Source: an uncultured Alphaproteobacteria bacterium
Lineage (GTDB): Bacteria; Pseudomonadota; Alphaproteobacteria; RF32; CAG-239
DNA: 64,000 nucleotides
Direction: 5' to 3'
NCBI GenBank assembly: GCA_944391465.1
Contig: CALXTS010000006.1
Location: forward strand, 397-64,396
A program made the translations under genes and the position numbers. The notes beneath the pieces were generated by a model, which worked only from the letters and a program-made list of their open reading frames with translations, did not search any database and was not told where the DNA came from. Below, in pieces: positions 1 through 8,345 of this stretch (within the stretch, counting starts at the first letter, position 1; each line of letters opens with the position of its first letter).

Positions 1-31
1 AAGAAAAACGGCAGTTTTTGTACCTGCCGTT
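1..31 (-). terminator. Rho-independent terminator downstream of tRNA-Glu
   Basis: Inverted repeat AACGGCAG (7-14) / CTGCCGTT (24-31). Read on the minus strand, the hairpin is followed by a T-run (complement of 1-6). Confidence 0.6.
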
Positions 32-36
32 TGAAA

Positions 37-111
37 TGGTGATCCCAACGGGATTCGAACCCATATTACCACCGTGAAAGGGTGATGTCCTAACCATTAG
101 ACGATGGGACC
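37..111 (-). tRNA. tRNA-Glu (anticodon UUC)
   Basis: Minus-strand cloverleaf read by hand. Acceptor GGTCCCA/TGGGATC (one G-U pair), D-loop AATGGTTA, anticodon loop CTTTCAC (anticodon TTC), T-arm GGGTTCGAATCCC, and an encoded ACCA end. Confidence 0.9.
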
Positions 112-177
112 ATCGTTAATTGCAAGAGCATATATACATGCAAAATTTTTACAGGTCAAGTAATATTTTTATAAAAT

Positions 178-1461
178 TTATATTTTTTTATCAGTAGGGA
201 GGTAATGAGGATTTAAAACTTGAACAATTTGGCTTAAATGAACGATTTTTAGGCTTTTGGTATCAAGTGTTTGTATCCATTCTCTAAGAGCAATTGCTGT
301 TTGTGATTTAGGATGACCGATGGCAATGGCATATCCGTTTTTGCGAGCTAGTTTTTCGGTTAAAAGCAACTGTTTCATAATATAATTTTTGTCATTATGA
401 TTATCAAGGAAGACATGTCTGTGAGCATAGGCTACATGATATTTTTCAGCAGCTTCTTTTGCTTTTGACAGGGCGGAAGTTTTAGAATCTAAGAAAAACA
501 AATTATGTTTCTTTAATATGTTCATAACAGCCTCCATTTTGGTTTGATTCGCTGTCATTTTGCTGCCCATATGATTGTTAACACCTTTAATATTATTAAA
601 TTGCGTTAACTGATGCTCTAAATTCTTTTCTATTTCCGAATTTTTCATGGTTGTCATCAGGACATTGGGAGCAATATCTTTTGTTGTCATTGCTTCCATA
701 GGAATATGAAGCATAACTTCTTGCCCGGCTTCAACAGATTTTTCCATTTGTTCTTTGATTCTGTTACCATAAGTTAAGAAAGAAGCTGTTAAAGGTGCCT
801 TGATTTTATAAATTTCAGCTGTTCTCATGTGACTGATGCCCATATCATCAATGACAATAGCAATAACAGGTTGAGGACCAAAGTAGTAAGGCTTCTTTTC
901 GGGTAAAATTTTAATATCTTTGATATTTTTATGGTTTTCATGGATATACTGACTATTTCCTTTTTCATCAATAATATCGTTAGGAAGTTCCTCTTCATAA
1001 AACTGGTAAAGGATGGATTGGTTTAAATTTTCCATCTTATTGAAAACCCCATAATCATAAGAGGGAAAAGAAAATTGCAAATTTTGTTCAACTAAAGCAG
1101 CTAATTTCAAGGTTTTAGAGGAAGTAGAATCAAAAATTTCCAAATTTGCATTTTCAGGTTCTATCAAATGAACCTCTTCATCTAAAGAAGAAAAAATATC
1201 AGTAAGTGATGATGAGGGAAAGCAAAGAGAAATTTTACGTTTTTTGCATTGAGGAGAAAAAATATCGTCGGACAAATAGGTTTCAGGTAAAGCAATTGAA
1301 TGGTTTTCTGAAACGTTTGATGTAATAGCTCGTGTCGGTATTGTAATTAAATAAAGAGGGCTAAGATTATTTACGGAAGCAATACCTTGCCGGATAAGAC
1401 ATAAACCGGCAAAAATGGTTATAAAACAAACAATTTTCTGTCCTATTGTCAGTTTTTTCAT
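178..1461 (-). CDS. Divergent polysaccharide deacetylase family protein (YibQ-like), with N-terminal signal/anchor
   Basis: The C-terminal half (IAIVIDDMG...HIPME...GVNNHMGS...LFFLDSKTS...IGHP) matches the YibQ/divergent polysaccharide deacetylase pattern as I recall it. The N-terminus is hydrophobic. Confidence 0.7.
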   Translation of the reverse strand: MKKLTIGQKIVCFITIFAGLCLIRQGIASVNNLSPLYLITIPTRAITSNVSENHSIALPETYLSDDIFSPQCKKRKISLCFPSSSLTDIFSSLDEEVHLIEPENANLEIFDSTSSKTLKLAALVEQNLQFSFPSYDYGVFNKMENLNQSILYQFYEEELPNDIIDEKGNSQYIHENHKNIKDIKILPEKKPYYFGPQPVIAIVIDDMGISHMRTAEIYKIKAPLTASFLTYGNRIKEQMEKSVEAGQEVMLHIPMEAMTTKDIAPNVLMTTMKNSEIEKNLEHQLTQFNNIKGVNNHMGSKMTANQTKMEAVMNILKKHNLFFLDSKTSALSKAKEAAEKYHVAYAHRHVFLDNHNDKNYIMKQLLLTEKLARKNGYAIAIGHPKSQTAIALREWIQTLDTKSLKIVHLSQIVQVLNPHYLPTDKKI

Positions 1462-1498
1462 TTAATAAACCACCTTGCCGGTTCATAACAAATAAAAA

Positions 1499-2971
1499 TT
1501 AATCGCGTTTTCTCAATGTCGGGAAAGCAATAACATCCCGAATGGTAGAGGCGCCGGTTAATAAGATTGCCAGACGGTCAATCCCCATTCCCATACCGCC
1601 GGATGGAGGAAAACCGTTTTCAAGAGCATTAATGAAATCTTCATCTAACATCTGAGCCTCTTCATCGCCAGCTTCACGGGCTGCGCATTGAGCTTCAAAG
1701 CGTTCTCTTTGCTCCAACGGATTAGACAATTCGGAGTAGGCGCATCCCATTTCCATTCCGCAAATATAAGCGTCAAAATGTTCAACCAAACGCGGATTAG
1801 AACGATGTGTTTTAGCCAAAGGAGAAATATCTCTGGGCATATCCATAACTAAAGTCGGTTGAATTAATTTAGCCTCAACTCTTTCATCAAAGACTTCGGA
1901 AACGACTTTTCCCCAAGATGAGCAAAAAGATGTATCAATACCGATGGATTGAGACATTTTTTGAGCTTCTTCCAATGTTTCGGCTTGCATAAAATCAAGA
2001 CCGGTATGTTCCTTTACCAAATCGACCATAGATTTCTTGACGTATGGTTGTGCTAAATCAATTTCATTATCGCCGACTTTAATGATTGTTGAGCCTAAAA
2101 CTTCCTTGGCAACAAAAGCGATTAAATCAGGAATTAAATCAGCCATAGTATTGTAATCGGCATAAGCCTGATAGGCTTCCAAAGCCGTAAATTCAGGGTT
2201 ATGACTTTTATCAATACCTTCATTACGGAAGTTTCTTCCGATTTCAAAAACTTTTTCAAAACCGCCGACAACAAGTCTTTTCAAAAAGAGTTCAGGCGCA
2301 ATACGCAAGTATAAATCCATATCAAGGGTGTTATGATGAGTAATAAAAGGTTTTGCGTTAGCTCCGCCCATAATCTGATGAAGCATCGGGGTTTCGACTT
2401 CAAGGAAACCATGCTGTTCAAAATAATGACGAATAGCAGAAGTAATCTGACAACGCTTTTTGTAAATTTCTTTGCTTTCATCATTCATGATAAAATCGAC
2501 ATAGCGCTGACGATAACGAGCTTCCACATCGGTCAAGCCATGGAATTTTTCAGGCAAAGCCTGTAAAGACTTGGCAATAATGTCAAATTTTTCAGCGGCA
2601 ATTGAGAGCTCTCCTCGTGGTGTTCTTCTGATATATCCGCTGATTCCGACAATGTCGCCGACATCAAGGCATTTTAAACGAGCAATATCTTCTTCACTAA
2701 GATGATTTTTATGACAAAAAGCCTGAATTTTTCCGCTCTCATCTTTAACATCAATGAACATACCGCTGTTGCGGACAGCCATAGCTCTACCGGCAATAGT
2801 AACACGATCTTCAGTGTCTGTTCCGGCTTCTAAATCTTTGTATTTTTCTTGTAAATCGGCAGCTTTGGCATTGGGTTCAAATTTGTAAGGATAAGGGTTG
2901 TATCCGTTTTCAAGTAAAGTATTTAATTTAGCCAAACGGGATTCTCTATGCACATTAGTTTCTTCAGTCAT
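1499..2971 (-). CDS. lysS: Lysine--tRNA ligase, class II
   Basis: 490 aa. It has an N-terminal OB-fold region and class II motifs (FRNEG, GGMGMGIDRL), which is typical LysS architecture. Confidence 0.95.
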   Translation of the reverse strand: MTEETNVHRESRLAKLNTLLENGYNPYPYKFEPNAKAADLQEKYKDLEAGTDTEDRVTIAGRAMAVRNSGMFIDVKDESGKIQAFCHKNHLSEEDIARLKCLDVGDIVGISGYIRRTPRGELSIAAEKFDIIAKSLQALPEKFHGLTDVEARYRQRYVDFIMNDESKEIYKKRCQITSAIRHYFEQHGFLEVETPMLHQIMGGANAKPFITHHNTLDMDLYLRIAPELFLKRLVVGGFEKVFEIGRNFRNEGIDKSHNPEFTALEAYQAYADYNTMADLIPDLIAFVAKEVLGSTIIKVGDNEIDLAQPYVKKSMVDLVKEHTGLDFMQAETLEEAQKMSQSIGIDTSFCSSWGKVVSEVFDERVEAKLIQPTLVMDMPRDISPLAKTHRSNPRLVEHFDAYICGMEMGCAYSELSNPLEQRERFEAQCAAREAGDEEAQMLDEDFINALENGFPPSGGMGMGIDRLAILLTGASTIRDVIAFPTLRKRD

Positions 2972-3129
2972 TTTTATACCTATTTTAAATAGAATTTATT
3001 TACACAAACACAATTACCAACAACTATAAACAAATCATAATTTTTTTCAATAAATTTATTAAGATAGATTGAAGAATCTGAAATTCGGGGCTATAATAAG
3101 GCAAAGGCTGAAAAATAGAAGAGGCATAA

Positions 3130-4170
3130 ATGTTTGAAAAAGAGAAAGATAAGATAAAAAATACATCTAAATATTTCAAAATTATGGCATTAGCTGGGGT
3201 TATGGCGCCGTTAATGAACTCATATCAGCCTATACAACCAAAAGATAAAACAAATAAACCGGACAGCTTGGATAATAAAGAAGTCAGGATGCAGATAGAA
3301 TTAATAAAACAAGAACAAAAAGTTGATTCTTTGCGTCAAAATTTAATGAGTTTACCAAGTGGCGCAACCTATAACGGTGTAAAAGTCGAATATAGTAAAC
3401 TTAAACCGCAGGACATTGGACATATTTTTGAATCTGGGATGAATCCGTTGGCGATGAATGCCCGTTCAATCGTTGATGCGGATTTTTTGGGATATTATCA
3501 AATGAGCTTAGATGCCGGCGGATTGATGTCAAAATTTGTCAGTCGTTACGGGAATAAATATCCGGAACTTAAAGACAAAGCATTAAAAAGCGAGGCTTTT
3601 TTCAGGGCTTATAAATCATATGCAACGGGCAAGCAGTCGGAAGAATTTCATGATGATATGTTTGAGTTAAACTATAGTATGGTTTATCAAGGTATTTTTG
3701 AAAAACTGGCAGATAAGATGCCGTTAATTCCAAAGATTACCAAAGGAAATTGCTCATCACCGGAATTATTGATATTGGCAGGAGCCGTTATGTCATGTGC
3801 AAATCAAAATCCGCAAAAAACAACGGACATATTTGTAACAGCGTACCAAAATATCCAAAAGCAGTATGGAGATATAGATATTAGTAAATCTCAAGATATA
3901 AGACAGGCGTTTATTAGTAGCGTTATTGCTGAAAGCTACAATATTCGTAAACAGAAATGGGGATTGTCGCAAAGATATAAAGAAGAGAGTAGGTTGGCCA
4001 AGGAGAGCGGAATATATCTGTTTAAAAAACAACGTTATGAAGAAGAAGCCCTTAAACTAAAAGAGATTTATCAAAAAAACAAACTTAAACCAAAGTTGAA
4101 TATTCCGGAATATCAGCATCCCAAACCAATAAATCCACTTTTTGCTCAAAAGAACAGAAATTGCAAATAG
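3130..4170 (+). CDS. Hypothetical protein with a weak SLT-like (lytic transglycosylase) motif
   Basis: FESGMNPLAMNA...GYYQMS resembles the SLT signature ES-x-x-NP-x-A...GLMQ, with longer spacing. I recognise nothing else in it. Confidence 0.35.
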   Translation: MFEKEKDKIKNTSKYFKIMALAGVMAPLMNSYQPIQPKDKTNKPDSLDNKEVRMQIELIKQEQKVDSLRQNLMSLPSGATYNGVKVEYSKLKPQDIGHIFESGMNPLAMNARSIVDADFLGYYQMSLDAGGLMSKFVSRYGNKYPELKDKALKSEAFFRAYKSYATGKQSEEFHDDMFELNYSMVYQGIFEKLADKMPLIPKITKGNCSSPELLILAGAVMSCANQNPQKTTDIFVTAYQNIQKQYGDIDISKSQDIRQAFISSVIAESYNIRKQKWGLSQRYKEESRLAKESGIYLFKKQRYEEEALKLKEIYQKNKLKPKLNIPEYQHPKPINPLFAQKNRNCK

Positions 4171-4191
4171 ACCTTGACTTTAACAAGAAAA

Positions 4192-4206
4192 GAACTAAAG
4201 TAGAAC
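4192..4206 (+). promoter_or_regulatory. Alphaproteobacterial-type LexA (SOS) box, GAAC-N7-GAAC
   Basis: GAACTAAAGTAGAAC lies 38 nt upstream of the lexA GTG start. It overlaps a possible -10 (TAAAGT, 4197-4202) that pairs with TTGACT at 4174-4179 across a 17-nt spacer. Confidence 0.75.
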
Positions 4207-4228
4207 AAAATTGGTGTTCTACTTTTTT
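4200..4228 (+). terminator. Rho-independent terminator of the upstream ORF
   Basis: Stem GTAGAAC (4200-4206) / GTTCTAC (4216-4222), followed by TTTTTT (4223-4228). Confidence 0.6.
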
Positions 4229-4243
4229 ATAAGGTAATGTAAG

Positions 4244-4900
4244 GTGCTGACTCAAAAACAATATAAACTTTTGATGTTTATTAACAAAATACAGAAAGAA
4301 ACCGGTTGCAGTCCTTCTTTTGATGAAATGAAAGAAGCCGTCGGATTGAAATCTAAATCAGGTATTTATGCATTAATAGAGTCTTTGGTCGAGCGCAATT
4401 ACCTAAAAAAAATTCCGCATAAAGCCAGAGCATTGGAGGTTGTTAGGCTACCGAAGTTAAAGCCGAGCTCAATAATTGAAGAAGAACGCAAAAAAGAAGA
4501 AGCGTTAGCAAACGGAATGGTGGAAATACCTCTTTATGGGAAGATTGCCGCCGGAACACCGATAGCGGCAATCGCCAATGAAACGGAAAAATTTTCCGTT
4601 CCTTACGAAATGGTTGCTCGCGGACAATATTATGCCTTGACCGTTGAAGGTGATTCAATGATAGAAGCGGGGATTTTAGATGGAGATACGGTCATCATAA
4701 AAAAAGCCGATGTTGCCGATAACGGAGAAATCATCGTAGCTTTGGTTGATGAAGAAGAGGTTACGTTAAAAGAACTTCGCCGTGAAGGAAATGAGGTCTT
4801 ATTGATTCCCAAAAATTCCGAATATCAAACACGCCGATTTTCTGCCGGAAGAGTCAGAGTACAAGGAATCCTGAGTGGTTTAATCCGAACTTACCATTAA
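4244..4900 (+). CDS. lexA: LexA repressor (GTG start)
   Basis: N-terminal winged-helix region (LTQKQYKLLMFI...) and a C-terminal S24 peptidase region (AAG cleavage site, GDSM...). It sits behind an SOS box. Confidence 0.95.
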   Translation: MLTQKQYKLLMFINKIQKETGCSPSFDEMKEAVGLKSKSGIYALIESLVERNYLKKIPHKARALEVVRLPKLKPSSIIEEERKKEEALANGMVEIPLYGKIAAGTPIAAIANETEKFSVPYEMVARGQYYALTVEGDSMIEAGILDGDTVIIKKADVADNGEIIVALVDEEEVTLKELRREGNEVLLIPKNSEYQTRRFSAGRVRVQGILSGLIRTYH

Positions 4901-4961
4901 TTGAAATTTGCATATTTGATATTACCTCTTTAAGAAAATAATATAAGAAGGGGGAAGTATC

Positions 4962-5372
4962 ATGAAACACGCATGCTTTATACTTGTTGTTGTCTTTTTA
5001 CTATTTGCTTGTGCAACCACAGCTAAATATGATACCAAGCTAAATGGTTTGGTCGGTGCGGATAAGTCTGAAGTTATCAAAACATTCGGCAGCCCAAGCG
5101 CTTCAAAAATTTTGGCTAACGGAGAAGAGGTAATTTCTTACACCAAAGCCAATGACGTTTATGTGCCATCAGAATTTTATCTTTATAATCAAGGAGCATT
5201 GTCTAATGAGTATGGCGGTATATATTCGCCTTTCATCGGAGAATATGATTTCTCACCATATGGAGATACTTTTGGCTATACGGTAACTGATTTTTGCCAA
5301 ACGGCATTTTATTTGCAAAACGGCAAAGTTGTAGGCTGGAAATGGAGAGGAAACGATTGCATCAGTGATTAA
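4962..5372 (+). CDS. Lipoprotein, possibly BamE/SmpA-OmlA-like
   Basis: Lipobox LLFAC. The segment LNGLVGADKSEVIKTFGSP resembles the SmpA/OmlA motif. Assignment is weak. Confidence 0.4.
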   Translation: MKHACFILVVVFLLFACATTAKYDTKLNGLVGADKSEVIKTFGSPSASKILANGEEVISYTKANDVYVPSEFYLYNQGALSNEYGGIYSPFIGEYDFSPYGDTFGYTVTDFCQTAFYLQNGKVVGWKWRGNDCISD

Positions 5373-5487
5373 AAATATTTTGAAAATATTTTTTGCCGTA
5401 ACCAATTCTTAACTTAAATATGCTCATCATAAAAAAACACAAGGGGAGATTCTTGCGAGTCTGAAAATGAATCAGACAGGTGGCGAA

Positions 5488-5802
5488 ATGGAATTATTGG
5501 CGGAAATAAAATATCGTTTAAAGAGTATTGGTCCATTAATATTGGGTCTGTTTTTTGTATCCTACTTTATTTTTTATGGAGTAAAAGGAGACAGAGGCGT
5601 TTTAAAATATTTGTATTTAAAGCGCCAAATTTCAGAAACCCAAAAAGTTGCTCAAGAATATAATTTGCAAAAAATTCGACTGGAAGAAAAAGTCAAACGC
5701 CTGTCAAACAACAGTCTGGATTTAGACTTATTGGAAGAGCGAGCAAGAATAGTTCTTAATTTTGCTGCAAACGATGAATTTATCGTTTTAGATGAAAAAT
5801 AA
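5488..5802 (+). CDS. Septum formation initiator (FtsB/DivIC-like)
   Basis: One TM segment, then a coiled coil (LYLKRQISETQKVAQEYNLQKIRLEEKVKRL), then LLEERAR. I chose the start at 5488 because of AGGTGG 5 nt upstream. The ORF track's 5467 remains possible. Confidence 0.6.
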   Translation: MELLAEIKYRLKSIGPLILGLFFVSYFIFYGVKGDRGVLKYLYLKRQISETQKVAQEYNLQKIRLEEKVKRLSNNSLDLDLLEERARIVLNFAANDEFIVLDEK

Positions 5803-5803
5803 T

Positions 5804-6265
5804 CTAAAAGAGGAATATTTTAACGGCAAAGAGAATGCAGCCGGCCATAATTCCGGCGAAGACATCGTCAAGCATAATCCCTAATCCGCCTTTAACATTT
5901 GAATCCGCCCAAGATACAGGCCAAGGTTTTGTTATGTCAAAGAGTCTGAATAAGATAAACCCGATAAGATATAGCCAAGGATTAAGTCCTGCACAGCATA
6001 AAGTAAGGCTTTGTCCGGCAACTTCATCAATAACGATAAATCCTGGGTCTTTAATATCAACGGCTTTAGAGTAGGTGTCAGCAGCCCAAATGCCGATAAT
6101 GAAGCTAAGTAAAGCAAGAAGCAAAATGGCAGGCGTTCCTCCGAAATAATCACATAAAAAGACAAAAGGCAGCGTCATCAAAGAACCAAAAGTTCCGGGA
6201 GCTTTAGGAGCAAGTCCGGAGTAAAACCAAGTACTTATAATTTTAGCAAGGGCTGTTTTTGTCAT
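5804..6265 (-). CDS. pgpA: Phosphatidylglycerophosphatase A
   Basis: Motifs GLAPKAPGTFGS, DEVAGQ, FDITKPWP and GGLGIMLDD. I moved the start to 6265, where GGAGGA precedes the ATG. Confidence 0.85.
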   Translation of the reverse strand: MTKTALAKIISTWFYSGLAPKAPGTFGSLMTLPFVFLCDYFGGTPAILLLALLSFIIGIWAADTYSKAVDIKDPGFIVIDEVAGQSLTLCCAGLNPWLYLIGFILFRLFDITKPWPVSWADSNVKGGLGIMLDDVFAGIMAGCILFAVKIFLF

Positions 6266-6456
6266 TATTAATCCTCCGATTTTGTAAATTTTCATATAAG
6301 TAATAAGGGTAAAAATATAAAAAATACAAGGGATTATTTGGCATCATTGGATAACTTTGTAAAAAAAACTGTATTTTTATATTTTTTTTTGCTATATAGG
6401 AAAAGTCGGTTTTATCAATTGATAAAATTGATACGGTTTAACAACTTGGACTGAGC

Positions 6457-7701
6457 ATGAAAAAAAACACAGCAATATCTCCAAACATATATTCACCACA
6501 ATATACAGAAAAGAAAGGTGTGTTTTCAGAAAAAGAGATTATTTTGCGTAGTCCTGGTCGAGCAATGGTCTTTCGCATATCATCACGTATGCAAGTTATT
6601 CTACTTTGCGTCCTGTTTTTAATAGGGGCATGGAATTTTTATTCGTACCACGTTTATCACAAGTCAGGAAATATCATCCATAATAAAGATATGGAATTGA
6701 TTGAAACCAGAGATGCCTATGCAGAGTTGATGAGCGATTTCATGGCTATTAATAAAAATATCAACGAAGTCTTTGCCTCATTGAGTAAAAAGGATGCAAA
6801 GTCAGGAAAAGAGGTTGATATTTACAAAAGACAGGCGATGGTTGTTGAAGATAAGATAAAAGAAATTACCTCGCAAAAAGAATGGTTAGATGGCCAGAAA
6901 GTAAGTGAAAAAGCACAACTTAACGAGGCAATATTGCAAAGAGATATTGCCGCATCTGAAAGAGATGAGCTTCGTAAACAGTTAAAAGAATTGGAAGATA
7001 ATCTAAAAGAAATTAAAGCTGCAGAGATTGAAGTATTTAAAAAAGTTGAAGCGATAGCATCAAAAGAAATTCAAAAAATCAAAAATGTTTTTACCAAAGT
7101 AAACGAACCATTGAAGAAAAAGGGACTTTATTTTAACCCTTTGGCAAACAGTAGTAAAAAAGAGTCTTATGGTGGGCCATATATTCCGATATCGTCCTCT
7201 AAACTTAAAAACAAAGAGGATAAAATTATAAATGATAAGATTTCTAGCATTTATAACAAAGTAGATGATCTTCAATATTATAGAGAAGTAATAAAGGGTA
7301 TTCCTGTTGGTAAGCCGGTATGGAGTTATTGGGTGAGCTCCCCGTTTGGACAGAGAAGTGATCCTTTTAATAAGAAAAAAGCAGCACATAAAGGGGTTGA
7401 TTTAGCCAGCCGAACCGGTAATAAGATTAAAGTTATGGCTGAAGGTCGAGTTATTAAGGTTGAATACAGTAACAAAGGTTACGGGAATCATGTTGTGGTA
7501 GATCATGGAAATGGCTTCCAGTCTAAATATGCCCATATGAATAAAATTTATGTAAAAAAAGGAGATCATCTAAGAGTGAATGATACGCTGGGCGAGGTTG
7601 GGAATACAGGTCGCTCAACAGGTCCGCATTTACACTATGAAATTTTGTACAAAGGTCATCCGGTAGATCCAATGCCGTTTATGCAGGCAAAAATATCTTA
7701 A
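6457..7701 (+). CDS. Bitopic membrane M23 metallopeptidase with coiled coil (LmdC/Csd1-like)
   Basis: N-terminal tail, a TM segment (VILLCVLFLIGAWNFY), a long coiled coil, and a C-terminal M23 domain (HKGVDLA...GNTGRSTGPHLHYE). Confidence 0.85.
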   Translation: MKKNTAISPNIYSPQYTEKKGVFSEKEIILRSPGRAMVFRISSRMQVILLCVLFLIGAWNFYSYHVYHKSGNIIHNKDMELIETRDAYAELMSDFMAINKNINEVFASLSKKDAKSGKEVDIYKRQAMVVEDKIKEITSQKEWLDGQKVSEKAQLNEAILQRDIAASERDELRKQLKELEDNLKEIKAAEIEVFKKVEAIASKEIQKIKNVFTKVNEPLKKKGLYFNPLANSSKKESYGGPYIPISSSKLKNKEDKIINDKISSIYNKVDDLQYYREVIKGIPVGKPVWSYWVSSPFGQRSDPFNKKKAAHKGVDLASRTGNKIKVMAEGRVIKVEYSNKGYGNHVVVDHGNGFQSKYAHMNKIYVKKGDHLRVNDTLGEVGNTGRSTGPHLHYEILYKGHPVDPMPFMQAKIS

Positions 7702-7718
7702 AACAAAAGGGGCGGATT

Positions 7719-8189
7719 ATGAAAAAAATCAAAAAACTCATATATTTAAAGTTAGCAAGAAAAATGAATTCAGGAAATGCGCAAGCCGTTTCGGTTCCGA
7801 GCATTATCAGTGAGAATACGCAGGTTCAAGGAGATATTATCAGCAGTGGAGTTATTCATATCGACGGCCAAGTTGAGGGAGATGTCAGCTGTGAAGAGCT
7901 TGTTATAGGGATTAAGGGAGTTGTAAAGGGCTCAGTTACCGCGAAGAATGTAAATTTATATGGTTGTTTGAACGGCAAAGCCTCTGCAGAAAATTTATTT
8001 ATAGCCAAAACAGCTAAATTAATAGGCGATGCATGCCATGTTACGATAGCGATTGAGCCTGGAGCTTACATTGATGGGCATTGTATTCGCCAAGGGGCGC
8101 CGATACCGGCAGAGCAGGGAAGCCCTAGCTTAATGATTACAGATAATAGTTCTGGTGGGAAAAATAAAAGCCATAAAGAAAAAATATAA
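7719..8189 (+). CDS. Bactofilin (polymer-forming cytoskeletal protein)
   Basis: Repetitive beta-helix pattern (G.I.S.G.IHIDG.VEGDV...L.IG..G.V.G.V) typical of the DUF583/bactofilin domain. Confidence 0.85.
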   Translation: MKKIKKLIYLKLARKMNSGNAQAVSVPSIISENTQVQGDIISSGVIHIDGQVEGDVSCEELVIGIKGVVKGSVTAKNVNLYGCLNGKASAENLFIAKTAKLIGDACHVTIAIEPGAYIDGHCIRQGAPIPAEQGSPSLMITDNSSGGKNKSHKEKI

Positions 8190-8192
8190 AAG

Positions 8193-8215
8193 AAGCACCG
8201 TTAGGTGCTTTTTTT
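8193..8215 (+). terminator. Rho-independent terminator after the bactofilin gene
   Basis: AAGCACC GTTA GGTGCTT followed by a T-run. Confidence 0.7.
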
Positions 8216-8286
8216 ATGAGCTTTTTTATAGATTTTTCCAATCTTCAGTAAATCTCCATACATAAACTTAGATTCGTAAATTTAAA

Positions 8287-8303
8287 TGGCATGTTTTTTG
8301 CAT
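8287..8303 (+). promoter_or_regulatory. Sigma-54 (-24/-12) promoter for flgE
   Basis: TGGCAT-GTTTT-TTGCAT matches TGGCAC-N5-TTGCW. It ends 43 nt upstream of the flgE ATG. Confidence 0.75.
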
Positions 8304-8345
8304 TTAAAAGAGTAAGGTAAGGAATTTTAACGCGAGGATTGTTCT

